The notes below the pieces were generated by a model. The model was not told the DNA's origin and did no database searches. It was given only the letters and a program-made list of their open reading frames with translations. This document shows, piece after piece, positions 23,594 to 32,000 of a DNA stretch of 32,000 bases. This stretch comes from Candidatus Fokinia solitaria. Its GTDB lineage: Bacteria > Pseudomonadota > Alphaproteobacteria > Rickettsiales > Midichloriaceae. The position numbers and the translations under genes were made by a program. The stretch is from assembly GCF_003072485.1 (NCBI RefSeq), contig NZ_CP025989.1, positions 240,001-272,000 of the forward strand, read 5' to 3'. Numbering within the stretch: position 1 is the stretch's first letter; each line of letters opens with the position of its first letter.

Positions 23594-24251
23594 TTTTAAG
23601 AAAGTATCAGTCTTGCGATGATCTTCCTGATTATTTTGAAAAATAGTGCTTTAAAGTATCACGTATAAGGAGAGTAGCGAAGTTACTATTGAAGCTAAAA
23701 ATAGTTACCATAAAAAGAGACATCAAGTGCGACACATAGTTCTGTGTATAATCTCTATTCTACAGTTTCATATTTTATATTGTCAGTGATTAAGGAATGT
23801 TGTTAGTGCACTGATTACAGGTAAAGCATGTACAGCAGCATGTGTGTTACATTAATTGCATAGGATTTTTTATAGCTTGATGAAAATTCGAAGCATATGC
23901 TGATTGATATGATTGAAAAGGTAAAAATATGTATTTATTTCTCTTGTCTTTAAGCTATTTCTGAAGTGCGTTTTTACGCGGCAGTGTAATTTGAGAATAT
24001 TCTTATTCGATAAGTATTTTGCGAGTATTTGCTCTTTGTATAACGAATAGTGAGATATATTATTTTGATATTTTATATCTTTCTGTAGCGATAGATTATA
24101 ATCATGATCGTAATTTTATATACGAATCGTATATTTATCTGTAATTATCCAGAGCTATAGTGCTTAGCTTATTATGAAGTATTGTAAAGTACGCATAATT
24201 TTCTTACCATTATCTTCTTAATGAGAGTACATCTGTAGTCCAAATGCATTA

Positions 24252-25475
24252 ATGAGAGCGAAATCGAAAAGCAATAACACTTTTGTAGTGGATGTAGGCA
24301 CTTCCAAGATTGCTATGATACTCGCGAAGATAAGCGATATCAAAGATGGAATAGAGATTATAGATTCGTATTGCGCTTCAAGTGTTGGAGTAAAAGAGGG
24401 GATCATAGCGGATCCGCATGCATTACGTGATGTAGTAAGGCACTGCTATAGTCATTTTTTTCGTCATATGAATGACAGGAGAGCAGATGTTTATGTAACG
24501 CTGCCATCGAGTGTATTAACTTCAATTCCTACTGAAACGAGATTAAATATTGCAGGGCATGCTGTTACGTATAAGGAGATCAATAAGATGGCTATCGAAG
24601 CTGAGAATAATAATTGTAAAAAGAGAAATTTAAGCGCGATACATAGCTTTGTATACAACTACTCTATAGATGGTTACGATGGATTGATATCTCCAATAGG
24701 GATGCATGGAAACACGTTAGTTTGTGATACTCATTTTGTTGCATGCCAAGATTCTACGATATTAAATATTTCAGGTTTCTTTGAGAATTGTGGAATATCG
24801 GTGAATCAGTATATATGCGGACATTATGCTGGTACTTGCGCTACAATAACGGAAGACGAAACAAAATTAGGCGTATGTGTGATAGAATTCGGCGGTGGAG
24901 TGACATCTATTTCGATATTTCATGCGGCACACATGGTATATATTGGTTATGTACCGTATGGAGGTATGAATATCACGAATGATATAGCTAAAGTATTCGG
25001 CGTGAAGATCAAAGATGCGGAGAAAATAAAGAATTTGCACGCTAATCTGCATGATTATAAGCAGTCGGGGCAGGTGATAATTGAAAATTGCGAAACTCAG
25101 TATGATGAAGAAATTACAACATCGTTATTAGATGATATAGTGAGAGCGAGAATTGAAGAAATAACGATGATGCTATTTAAGAAATGTCCAGAAGAATGGA
25201 TGAGAAAAGTAAGCGCATGCATAGTAATAGGAGGTTCTACGAAGATCGTAGGTATAGATGAGTTGATCAAAAAGATATCAGGCATTAAAACGAGAATTGG
25301 AAAACCATTGAAGAAATGTTCGCCGGATGACAGATTAGAGGTAGAATATGCTAATGCAATGGGAGTACTGAAATTCGTTAACGATCAGAAAGTTCGCCAT
25401 AGAAAGCACGCAATGCTAAAAAGTTCTTCTGCTGAGAGTATTTTTCAGAAAATAAAGAAAATATTTTTAGAGTGA
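24252..25475 (+). CDS. ftsA: Cell division protein FtsA
   Basis: Actin-like ATPase blocks: VVDVGTSKIAMILA, GVKEGIIADPHAL, CVIEFGGGVTSISIF, GGMNITNDIAKVF and IVIGGSTKIVGIDELI. Confidence 0.92.
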   Translation: MRAKSKSNNTFVVDVGTSKIAMILAKISDIKDGIEIIDSYCASSVGVKEGIIADPHALRDVVRHCYSHFFRHMNDRRADVYVTLPSSVLTSIPTETRLNIAGHAVTYKEINKMAIEAENNNCKKRNLSAIHSFVYNYSIDGYDGLISPIGMHGNTLVCDTHFVACQDSTILNISGFFENCGISVNQYICGHYAGTCATITEDETKLGVCVIEFGGGVTSISIFHAAHMVYIGYVPYGGMNITNDIAKVFGVKIKDAEKIKNLHANLHDYKQSGQVIIENCETQYDEEITTSLLDDIVRARIEEITMMLFKKCPEEWMRKVSACIVIGGSTKIVGIDELIKKISGIKTRIGKPLKKCSPDDRLEVEYANAMGVLKFVNDQKVRHRKHAMLKSSSAESIFQKIKKIFLE

Positions 25476-25479
25476 TATT

Positions 25480-27033
25480 ATGAGGCTTGAAACGCATAAT
25501 CCTACCGATGTAACAAAGGAAGTAAAGGTATACTCAGTTACAGAAATATCCAATCATATAAAGGCGCTACTTGGTAAAAGTTATCCTTACGTAAAGATAC
25601 GTGGAGAAATTTCTTCGATATTTCAAAAAAACGGACATACGTACATCAATCTAAAGGATGCTTCATCCATGATAAAAGTTGTCACTTTTGCTTATCAAAA
25701 TATTAGACTAAGTGCAGAAATAAAAGATGGAGTAGAAGTAATATGTACAGGTGCACTTACATCTTATGGCGCTTCTTCCTGTTATCAGCTACATGCGAGT
25801 GCGATCGAAATTAGTGGTGAGGGCGAATTATTAGCGATACTTGAGAGACGTAAGAAAGAATACGAAATAAAGGGATATTTTTCACAAGATAGAAAAAAAG
25901 CATTACCTCTTTTTCCGCGAATAATAGGAATTATCACATCAATTCAGGGAGCAGTAATAAGAGATATAGTAAATACACTTTCTCAGCGTATACCTACGAT
26001 CCTTTTTATATTTGATGTAAGCGTACAGGGGCAATTCGCCGCACTTGAAGTATGCAATGCTTTGCAGAAATTTCAATCTCTTCCGAAATACGCGGATCTT
26101 GAGCTAAATGATTTTATAAGCAAAACATCAGAAGAAGTAGCAGAGATGAATTTTCATGATCTTCCACAGCCTGATATATTGATAATAGCAAGAGGAGGAG
26201 GATCAGTTAGTGAATTATGGACGTTTAACGAAGAAGCTATAATAGAAGAGATATATCGTTGCACAATTCCAATTATATCAGGTATTGGTCATGAAACGGA
26301 TAATACGCTTTCAGATTATGTTGCAGATAGAAGAGAGCATACACCGACTGCAGCGGCAGTTGCTGCAGTTAAGACTATCGATAGTCTGCAGTACGCTAGA
26401 ACGACACAAGACGTTGTGTATACATTTGAGAAAAAGCTTGAAGAAGCTAGAGGCAAATTACAGGAAGCTAATAGCATTCTTGAGAGAAAATACAAAACTC
26501 TTGAACGTAATATAGAAAAGTTTTCCGATGGAGTATATTTCGACTTAAAGAAAGTGGTGGACGATATAAACTATCAACTCAACAGTAGTCGTTTAAAACT
26601 TGAGTCAAAATATGAAAGAATCAGATCTCGTATTGATAGTATGTATGCTAGTATGTGTCACATTATCGATTTCCAGTGTAGAAGCGCCGATAGCGCGATA
26701 CAACAGCATAGAAATGCGATGCTTCAAGGATGTAAGCGTACCGAGGAGAGGTTACGTATGCATGAAACTACAATAACGAATATTTGGCTAAATGCTGTTC
26801 AAAATATGAATTTAGCTATGGTGCAAATCAAGCACTTGTTGGATATGCACAATCAAAAACTTTCGAAGTTCAATTATAAGGATACATTAAAGCGAGGCTT
26901 CGCTGTAGTAAGAGATAAAGATGGATATGCAGTGCAGGCAAAAGATGCTGTATCAGTCAATTCAATGATTGAAATAGAAGTGTCAGATGGATATATAAGT
27001 GCGCTAGTGAAAGATAACTCAAAAAGTAAGTAG
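25480..27033 (+). CDS. xseA: Exodeoxyribonuclease VII large subunit
   Basis: N-terminal OB-fold block YSVTEISNHIKALLGKSYPYVKIRGEISS....GHTYINLKD. Catalytic-core blocks RIIGIITSIQGAVIRDI, IIARGGGS..ELW.FNEE and ISGIGHETDNTLSDYVAD. The C-terminus is long and helical. Confidence 0.9.
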   Translation: MRLETHNPTDVTKEVKVYSVTEISNHIKALLGKSYPYVKIRGEISSIFQKNGHTYINLKDASSMIKVVTFAYQNIRLSAEIKDGVEVICTGALTSYGASSCYQLHASAIEISGEGELLAILERRKKEYEIKGYFSQDRKKALPLFPRIIGIITSIQGAVIRDIVNTLSQRIPTILFIFDVSVQGQFAALEVCNALQKFQSLPKYADLELNDFISKTSEEVAEMNFHDLPQPDILIIARGGGSVSELWTFNEEAIIEEIYRCTIPIISGIGHETDNTLSDYVADRREHTPTAAAVAAVKTIDSLQYARTTQDVVYTFEKKLEEARGKLQEANSILERKYKTLERNIEKFSDGVYFDLKKVVDDINYQLNSSRLKLESKYERIRSRIDSMYASMCHIIDFQCRSADSAIQQHRNAMLQGCKRTEERLRMHETTITNIWLNAVQNMNLAMVQIKHLLDMHNQKLSKFNYKDTLKRGFAVVRDKDGYAVQAKDAVSVNSMIEIEVSDGYISALVKDNSKSK

Positions 27034-27141
27034 AAAGTGATTTCGTAGAAGAGAAATTTTATCCGATCAAGTGCAGCGTAGAATAAAATATTACGAAAAT
27101 GGCATTTACATATGATATGAAATCGATAATCATGTGCACGT

Positions 27142-27230
27142 GGAAGGGTGGCCGAGCGGCTGAAGGCGCACGCTTGGAAAGCGTGTTTACTCAAAAGGTA
27201 ACAAGGGTTCGAATCCCTTTCCTTCCGCCA
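27142..27230 (+). tRNA. tRNA-Ser (anticodon GGA), long variable arm
   Basis: GGAAGGG TG GCCGAGCGGCTGAAGGC G CACGC TTGGAAA GCGTG, a long variable arm, then AAGGG TTCGAAT CCCTT TCCTTCC G CCA. Length is 89 nt with the CCA encoded. Confidence 0.9.
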
Positions 27231-27335
27231 CGTGATGACGCATTTCATATTTCTAGATGATATCAGTAATTCGTTTCGTTATTCATCTAGCTGTGCTTTA
27301 TCCAAGTATTAAGAGTGTTGCGTTAGATAAAAGAT

Positions 27336-28664
27336 CTACACATTCTTTATCATTCGTAGTATGAGTTGATGCAACTCGTTCAATTTTACTGTTAACTGCG
27401 TTCCTTCTTCCATATTCCTCAATATCGCTATCCCGTCCTGATATTCTTTTTTGTCAAATATAACCACAAATTTAAATTTTCTTTTAGATGCGTATTTTAA
27501 TTGATTAGAAAGATTTTGCAACTCGGTGTACACGAATACATCTAGCGATGAAGCTCTCAACTGATTGGCAAATTTCATATAGACGATCATCATCGAATGA
27601 TCTTGAGTGGCAATCATGATCGTGTTTTCATATTTTTCCGTATAAGCATCCGTAATTAATTTGAACAACCTGTATAATCCTATTGAAACTCCTACTCCTG
27701 CATATTGCTGCTTTGCTCCTAAGTTGCTAATAAGATTAGAATATGTACCGCCTCCACATATGCTGCCTAATTTTGGATCATCATCTGTAATTACTTCGCA
27801 AACGAATCCAGTATAATAGCTTAAGCCGCGCGCTAGTCGTGGTACGAGTACTATGTTATCTTGAGATTCGTTCAGATTCTTTACCGTAGTTATCAATTTT
27901 CTCATATATTCTAAGCTTTCATAAAATCTCTCCGATGACGTAAATTGTTCTAGTATCTTTGTTTGTACTTCCATTGATTCTTTACAAAAATCGATAGTGA
28001 CCAATTCGCATATTTTATCAATTTGAGTTCTATTACAGCCATTTTCTTCTAGTAGTAGTGCTAGAGTTTCAATTTTAATTTTGTCCGATTTATCCAATAA
28101 CCTTGCGATGTCAGTAAATTTTTCCTGAGAAATACCTATACTTTCAAAGATACCGCTTAAGATATCCTTGTGATTGACTAGTATTGTGAATTTCTCCAAA
28201 CCAAGAATATGTAAGCACTTCGATATCAAACATATTACTTCAATCTCAGACCAAAATAATTCATCTCCCTTGTTTATTATGTCAATATCAAACTGGTAAA
28301 ATTGTCTGTAGCGTCCATTTTGCGGTCTATCACCACGCCATACGTATCCTGTTTGATATCTTTTATAAGGAAAAGCAATATCATGACTGTATTGTGCAAT
28401 ATATCGTGCAAAAGAGAAAGTTAAGTCGAATCTTAGTCCAAGTTCCGGAGAAAAGTTATTACCTCTATCATTTGCTCTTTGTATTCCATATATCTCATTA
28501 TCACCACTTTTAGATAGTAGCGTTTCAAGTTTTTCCACTGGCGATGTATCTAAATTCTCAAATCCGTATGAATGAAGTGCTTTTTGCATTTCCTGCATCA
28601 TACGATGAAATAATTTTTGATACTTTATTACAACTTCAGGATATCCCGATATATGACTGATCAT
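27336..28664 (-). CDS. hisS: Histidine--tRNA ligase
   Basis: Class II aaRS. Motif 2 region YQTGYVWRGDRPQNGRYRQFYQFDIDI, the block LRFDLTFSFARYIA, motif 3 region GGGTYSNLI...GVGVSIGLYRL, and a C-terminal anticodon-binding-like domain. Confidence 0.9.
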   Translation of the reverse strand: MISHISGYPEVVIKYQKLFHRMMQEMQKALHSYGFENLDTSPVEKLETLLSKSGDNEIYGIQRANDRGNNFSPELGLRFDLTFSFARYIAQYSHDIAFPYKRYQTGYVWRGDRPQNGRYRQFYQFDIDIINKGDELFWSEIEVICLISKCLHILGLEKFTILVNHKDILSGIFESIGISQEKFTDIARLLDKSDKIKIETLALLLEENGCNRTQIDKICELVTIDFCKESMEVQTKILEQFTSSERFYESLEYMRKLITTVKNLNESQDNIVLVPRLARGLSYYTGFVCEVITDDDPKLGSICGGGTYSNLISNLGAKQQYAGVGVSIGLYRLFKLITDAYTEKYENTIMIATQDHSMMIVYMKFANQLRASSLDVFVYTELQNLSNQLKYASKRKFKFVVIFDKKEYQDGIAILRNMEEGTQLTVKLNELHQLILRMIKNV

Positions 28665-28778
28665 AATAATACGTACTTTTCATGAATTGTATAAAATGCT
28701 TCAAATTTTATAAATAGAATGTTGATAAAATCGGAAAATTTGCGATAATCGCTACGCGATATCCATTCTTATAACAGC

Positions 28779-30059
28779 ATGAAAAGAAGAGTAGTTATCA
28801 CAGGTGTTGGTGCTATTACTCCACTTGGTACTACGATAAACAAAAGTTGGGATTCTTTGATAAAAGGACGATCTGGTATAAGAGTGATACCGGAATCGCT
28901 TTTTGATACATCGGATCTTGTATCTAAGGTTGCAGGATATATTTCGGATAATAAGACAAATGACTGTAGTGATGAAGAAATGTGCTTCATACCAGAGAAG
29001 TACATAGAGCCTCAGAAAATTTCTTCCATGGATAGATTTATACAACTCGCTATACATGCTGCAGAGGAAGCAATAAGAGATTCAGGTTATTTATGCGATT
29101 CGGAGGAAAAAGCGATGAAAGCTGGTGTGATAGTAGGTTCTGGTATTGGCGGACTTCTTGCGATTGAAAAAAACATGAAGATATTAGAATCTGCAGGACC
29201 GAGAAGAATTAGCCCTTTCTTTATACCTTCTACTCTTATCAATTTAGCTAATGGCCATCTATCTATAAAATATGGATTCAAAGGGATGTCACATGGTATT
29301 GTTAGTGCATGTGCTACTGGCGCGCATGCTATAGGAGAAGCGGCAAGGATTATTTCTACTGGAGAGTTAGATGTTGCTTTATGCGGAGGTTCTGAAGCCG
29401 CTATATGCAGATTTGGATTAGCTGGCTTTCAAGCAGCAAGAGCATTATCAAAAAATCCTTCTCCTCAAGATGCTTCAAGACCTTTCGATGTAGGGAGAGA
29501 TGGTTTTGTAATGGGGGAAGGCGCAGGGATCTTTGTATTAGAAGAGTATGAAAGTGCAAAAAAACGTGATGCAAAAATTTACTGTGAAGTTGCAGGTTAT
29601 GGTAGTACGAGTGATGCGTACCATATTACGATGCCGGAAGCAGATGGTAAAGGTATCATATCAGCAATGGAGAAAGCGCTGAAAAATGCTGAAATCAATC
29701 ATTCTGACATAGGGTATATCAATGCGCATGCGACATCTACTCCTGCAGGCGATTTGATTGAAATAGAAAGTATAAAAAAATTCTTAGGAAAAAATTATCA
29801 ACATACTCCAATATCAGCGACAAAGTCTTATACAGGTCATCTTCTTGGTGCAGCTGGTGCAGTTGAAGCCGCATTCTGTATAATGGCGCTAAAACATAAA
29901 GTATTACCTCCTACAATAGGTGTGTCGAATTTGATGGAAGAAGCAAAAGATATGAATATTATATTAAATGAGCCGCTAGAGGCTGATGTATCATACGTTA
30001 TGTCGAATTCTTTCGGTTTCGGTGGAACAAATTGCGTCCTAATTCTAAAAAGACTATAG
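28779..30059 (+). CDS. fabF: 3-oxoacyl-ACP synthase II
   Basis: MKRRVVITGVGAITPLG. Active-site Cys in GIVSACATGAHAIG. The His pair lies in AYHITMP and INAHATSTPAGD. C-terminal NSFGFGGTN. Confidence 0.93.
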   Translation: MKRRVVITGVGAITPLGTTINKSWDSLIKGRSGIRVIPESLFDTSDLVSKVAGYISDNKTNDCSDEEMCFIPEKYIEPQKISSMDRFIQLAIHAAEEAIRDSGYLCDSEEKAMKAGVIVGSGIGGLLAIEKNMKILESAGPRRISPFFIPSTLINLANGHLSIKYGFKGMSHGIVSACATGAHAIGEAARIISTGELDVALCGGSEAAICRFGLAGFQAARALSKNPSPQDASRPFDVGRDGFVMGEGAGIFVLEEYESAKKRDAKIYCEVAGYGSTSDAYHITMPEADGKGIISAMEKALKNAEINHSDIGYINAHATSTPAGDLIEIESIKKFLGKNYQHTPISATKSYTGHLLGAAGAVEAAFCIMALKHKVLPPTIGVSNLMEEAKDMNIILNEPLEADVSYVMSNSFGFGGTNCVLILKRL

Positions 30060-30182
30060 TAGAATGTGGGAGATCTGCAGTGATCTGATGTATATGATGT
30101 TATATCTTGCCAGCATTCGTGTATGTTGTGGCAGAATTTGCATTCTTTCTAAAAAAATATAGTAATTTCCACATCTCTATCC

Positions 30183-31409
30183 ATGCACAACATAAGAAAT
30201 TGCATAGCATCGCTTTTCGTTTTTCTATTGCCTCTTGCGTTTTTCGCATACCAGTTCGTTCCTAAACTCTTGCCGATGCTTATTACGGAAAAGATGATGA
30301 ACGCTGGACTTAGTGCGAATCAGTTTAATTTAATTGTTTCGGCATGGACATATGGTGTGCCTATTCTGCAAATACCGTTCGCAATCCTTGTAAGAAAGTA
30401 TGAGATCAGAAAGTTATTATCCATATGTATTCTACTTTCTGGTATTTCCATAATACCGTTTTTGCTACCTGTGAATTTTTGGATGATGTTACTTGGTAGA
30501 TTCGTTTTAGGATTAACTTCTGGTGTTGCATTCTTATCGACTGCTATTGTTACGTCTCAACTGTACTCTAAAAAAGCTTATTCAATAATGCTTTCGCTTG
30601 CGTTCAGCATTGGATTTTGCGGTGCTGTATATGCAGGTGAGCCTATTGGACGAATGATAAATGAGTTAGGGTTATATTCAGTCGTAATGTCGATGATTGC
30701 ATTCTGTGTGATTAACTCAATATTAGTGTTCTTATTTCTACGTACCGATAAGAGTAATGAAGAGAAAAGTGTATTATCATTGCGTGGACTGTGGATGATT
30801 CTAAAAAATCCGATATTTCTTTCGCTTGGAATAAGCAATTTGCTGATGTCGGGAAGCTATGAAGCGTTTGCAAATGTATGGGGTGCATTATATTTTAGAA
30901 AAATGTATTTTCTTTCTGAAAGTGCAGCAGCAGGTATTATATCGTATGTGTTTATAGGTATGATAGTTGGAGGACCTATAGCTGCATTCTTAGGAATGAA
31001 ATTTGGATATTATAGAGTAATTGGCTTATCGAGTACCTTTATCAGTTTACTAATACTATATGCGTGTTCTGGTATGCAGTATCATCCGATGATAATCAAT
31101 ACATGTCTTTTTTTCATTGGTGTCTTAAGCTGTTCACAAGTGTTAATATACTCTATAGGCAATCAGACTGCCGGTAAGTATGATTTAGCAGTAGTTGCTG
31201 CATTTTTGAACTGCGTAGGTACTATGGCGGGTATGTTTTTTCACACTCTGATAACAGTATCATTCTTTATTTTAGAACCATCTGCAACTACGCATGAAAT
31301 GTATGATATTACCTCATGCAGAAATGTTCTGATGTGGATTCCTGCTGCAGGAATAATAGTAAGCGTGATAATGAATGCTTTGCAGAAACAAAGTAGCAAA
31401 TCATCATAA
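30183..31409 (+). CDS. MFS-type transporter
   Basis: 408 aa with about 12 TM helices in a 6+6 layout around a central cytoplasmic loop ([16 protein letters not shown]). The substrate cannot be inferred. Confidence 0.7.
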   Translation: MHNIRNCIASLFVFLLPLAFFAYQFVPKLLPMLITEKMMNAGLSANQFNLIVSAWTYGVPILQIPFAILVRKYEIRKLLSICILLSGISIIPFLLPVNFWMMLLGRFVLGLTSGVAFLSTAIVTSQLYSKKAYSIMLSLAFSIGFCGAVYAGEPIGRMINELGLYSVVMSMIAFCVINSILVFLFLRTDKSNEEKSVLSLRGLWMILKNPIFLSLGISNLLMSGSYEAFANVWGALYFRKMYFLSESAAAGIISYVFIGMIVGGPIAAFLGMKFGYYRVIGLSSTFISLLILYACSGMQYHPMIINTCLFFIGVLSCSQVLIYSIGNQTAGKYDLAVVAAFLNCVGTMAGMFFHTLITVSFFILEPSATTHEMYDITSCRNVLMWIPAAGIIVSVIMNALQKQSSKSS

Positions 31410-32000
31410 TGGTATTCTATCTTTCTTATAGCTTAATGCAGCTTTTGCATACGAATTAAATAGAGGATGTCCATTGCGTGGCGTTGATGTGAATTCTGGA
31501 TGAAATTGACAAGCAAAAAACCAACGATGATGTGGTAGTTCTATCGTTTCTACGAGTTTTTTAGTACCTGCTGAATAGCCACTTATAACTAGTCCAGCTG
31601 CTTCGAGGCGTGGTATATAGTCATTATTGATCTCATAGCGATGCCGATGCCGTTCGTAAATGACATCATTGCCATAAATTGCAGAAGCAAGAGAATTTGG
31701 TAAAAGATTACACTGGTAGTTTCCTAGTCGCATTGTGCCGCCAAAACAGGAGCTATTATCACGCACTTCTACATTACCACTATGATTAATCCATTGATTA
31801 ATTAAGGCAACAACAGGAAATTTAGTACTTAGATCAAATTCTGTCGAATTGGCGTCGCTCATGTTAGCGATATTTCTTGCATATTCGATAAGTGCTATTT
31901 GCATGCCAAGGCAAATACCGAGATATGGAATATTATTTTCTCGCGCGAAACGTATAGCTGCGATTTTTCCATCCATACCACGTTTGCCGAAACCACCAGG
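31404..32000 (-). CDS. pyrG: CTP synthase, C-terminal glutamine amidotransferase domain; 5' part lies beyond the window end
   Basis: The frame stays open through 32000 ([34 protein letters not shown], with the catalytic Cys). HRHRYEIN and the [10 protein letters not shown] triad region are present. The 3' end overlaps the convergent MFS gene by 6 nt. Confidence 0.92.
   Translation of the reverse strand, partial: PGGFGKRGMDGKIAAIRFARENNIPYLGICLGMQIALIEYARNIANMSDANSTEFDLSTKFPVVALINQWINHSGNVEVRDNSSCFGGTMRLGNYQCNLLPNSLASAIYGNDVIYERHRHRYEINNDYIPRLEAAGLVISGYSAGTKKLVETIELPHHRWFFACQFHPEFTSTPRNGHPLFNSYAKAALSYKKDRIPL

Noticed and set aside
23594-24251. Possible replication origin (AT-rich, gene-free, next to iteron-like repeats)
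   Set aside because: I could not find a cluster of convincing DnaA boxes. The best matches, such as atatccgct, share only 6 of 9 positions with TTATCCACA. None of the usual origin-flanking genes are present. AT-richness alone is uninformative in this genome.
26874-27248. 124-aa minus-strand ORF
   Set aside because: It overlaps the xseA 3' end and runs straight through the tRNA-Ser (27142..27230). It has no recognisable protein features.
27253-27290. 8-bp inverted repeat ctagatga ... tcatctag between tRNA-Ser and the hisS stop
   Set aside because: The loop is about 22 nt and there is no T-run. It could be chance in AT-rich DNA. No functional call is made.

Overview
By eye the window is AT-rich (about one-third GC) and gene-dense. 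It looks like the reduced genome of an obligate intracellular alphaproteobacterium of the Rickettsiales type. The grounds are a Tlc/NTT nucleotide translocase, solitary nuo and atp genes, a secreted HKD phospholipase D, tightly packed mixed-function operons and large intergenic tandem repeats. I cannot name the species from sequence alone. Most of the roughly 30 supportable CDSs are housekeeping: glyA, def, nuoA, nuoE, atpH, lspA, rpoZ, a Xer-type recombinase, ndk, ftsA, xseA, hisS, fabF, pyrG, nhaA, mlaD and several transporters. There are three tRNAs: Phe-GAA, Gly-UCC and Ser-GGA.

The stand-out locus is 17.6-20.9 kb. A single plus-strand gene (18019..20613) sits between two minus-strand tRNAs. 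It encodes an 864-aa protein with an ABC-type ATPase (Walker A, LSSGEQ signature, Walker B, H-loop) fused to a C-terminal Toprim/DUF4435-like nuclease module (VFVEG ... DHD). That is the architecture of OLD-family or fused PARIS (AriA-AriB)-like defence nucleases. Its N-terminus is a highly acidic, GC- and purine-rich tandem repeat that is compositionally foreign to the rest of the window.

Two further repeat loci are unexplained by the genes. One is a 2 x 186-bp tandem duplication downstream of tlc that carries a 24-nt perfect inverted copy of a tlc coding segment. The other is a 4 x 145-bp noncoding array rich in CTGATAT/ATATCAG motifs, inside a 1.5-kb gene-free block upstream of ftsA.

All calls rest on reading the translated ORFs and the nucleotide sequence. 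No database search was possible.
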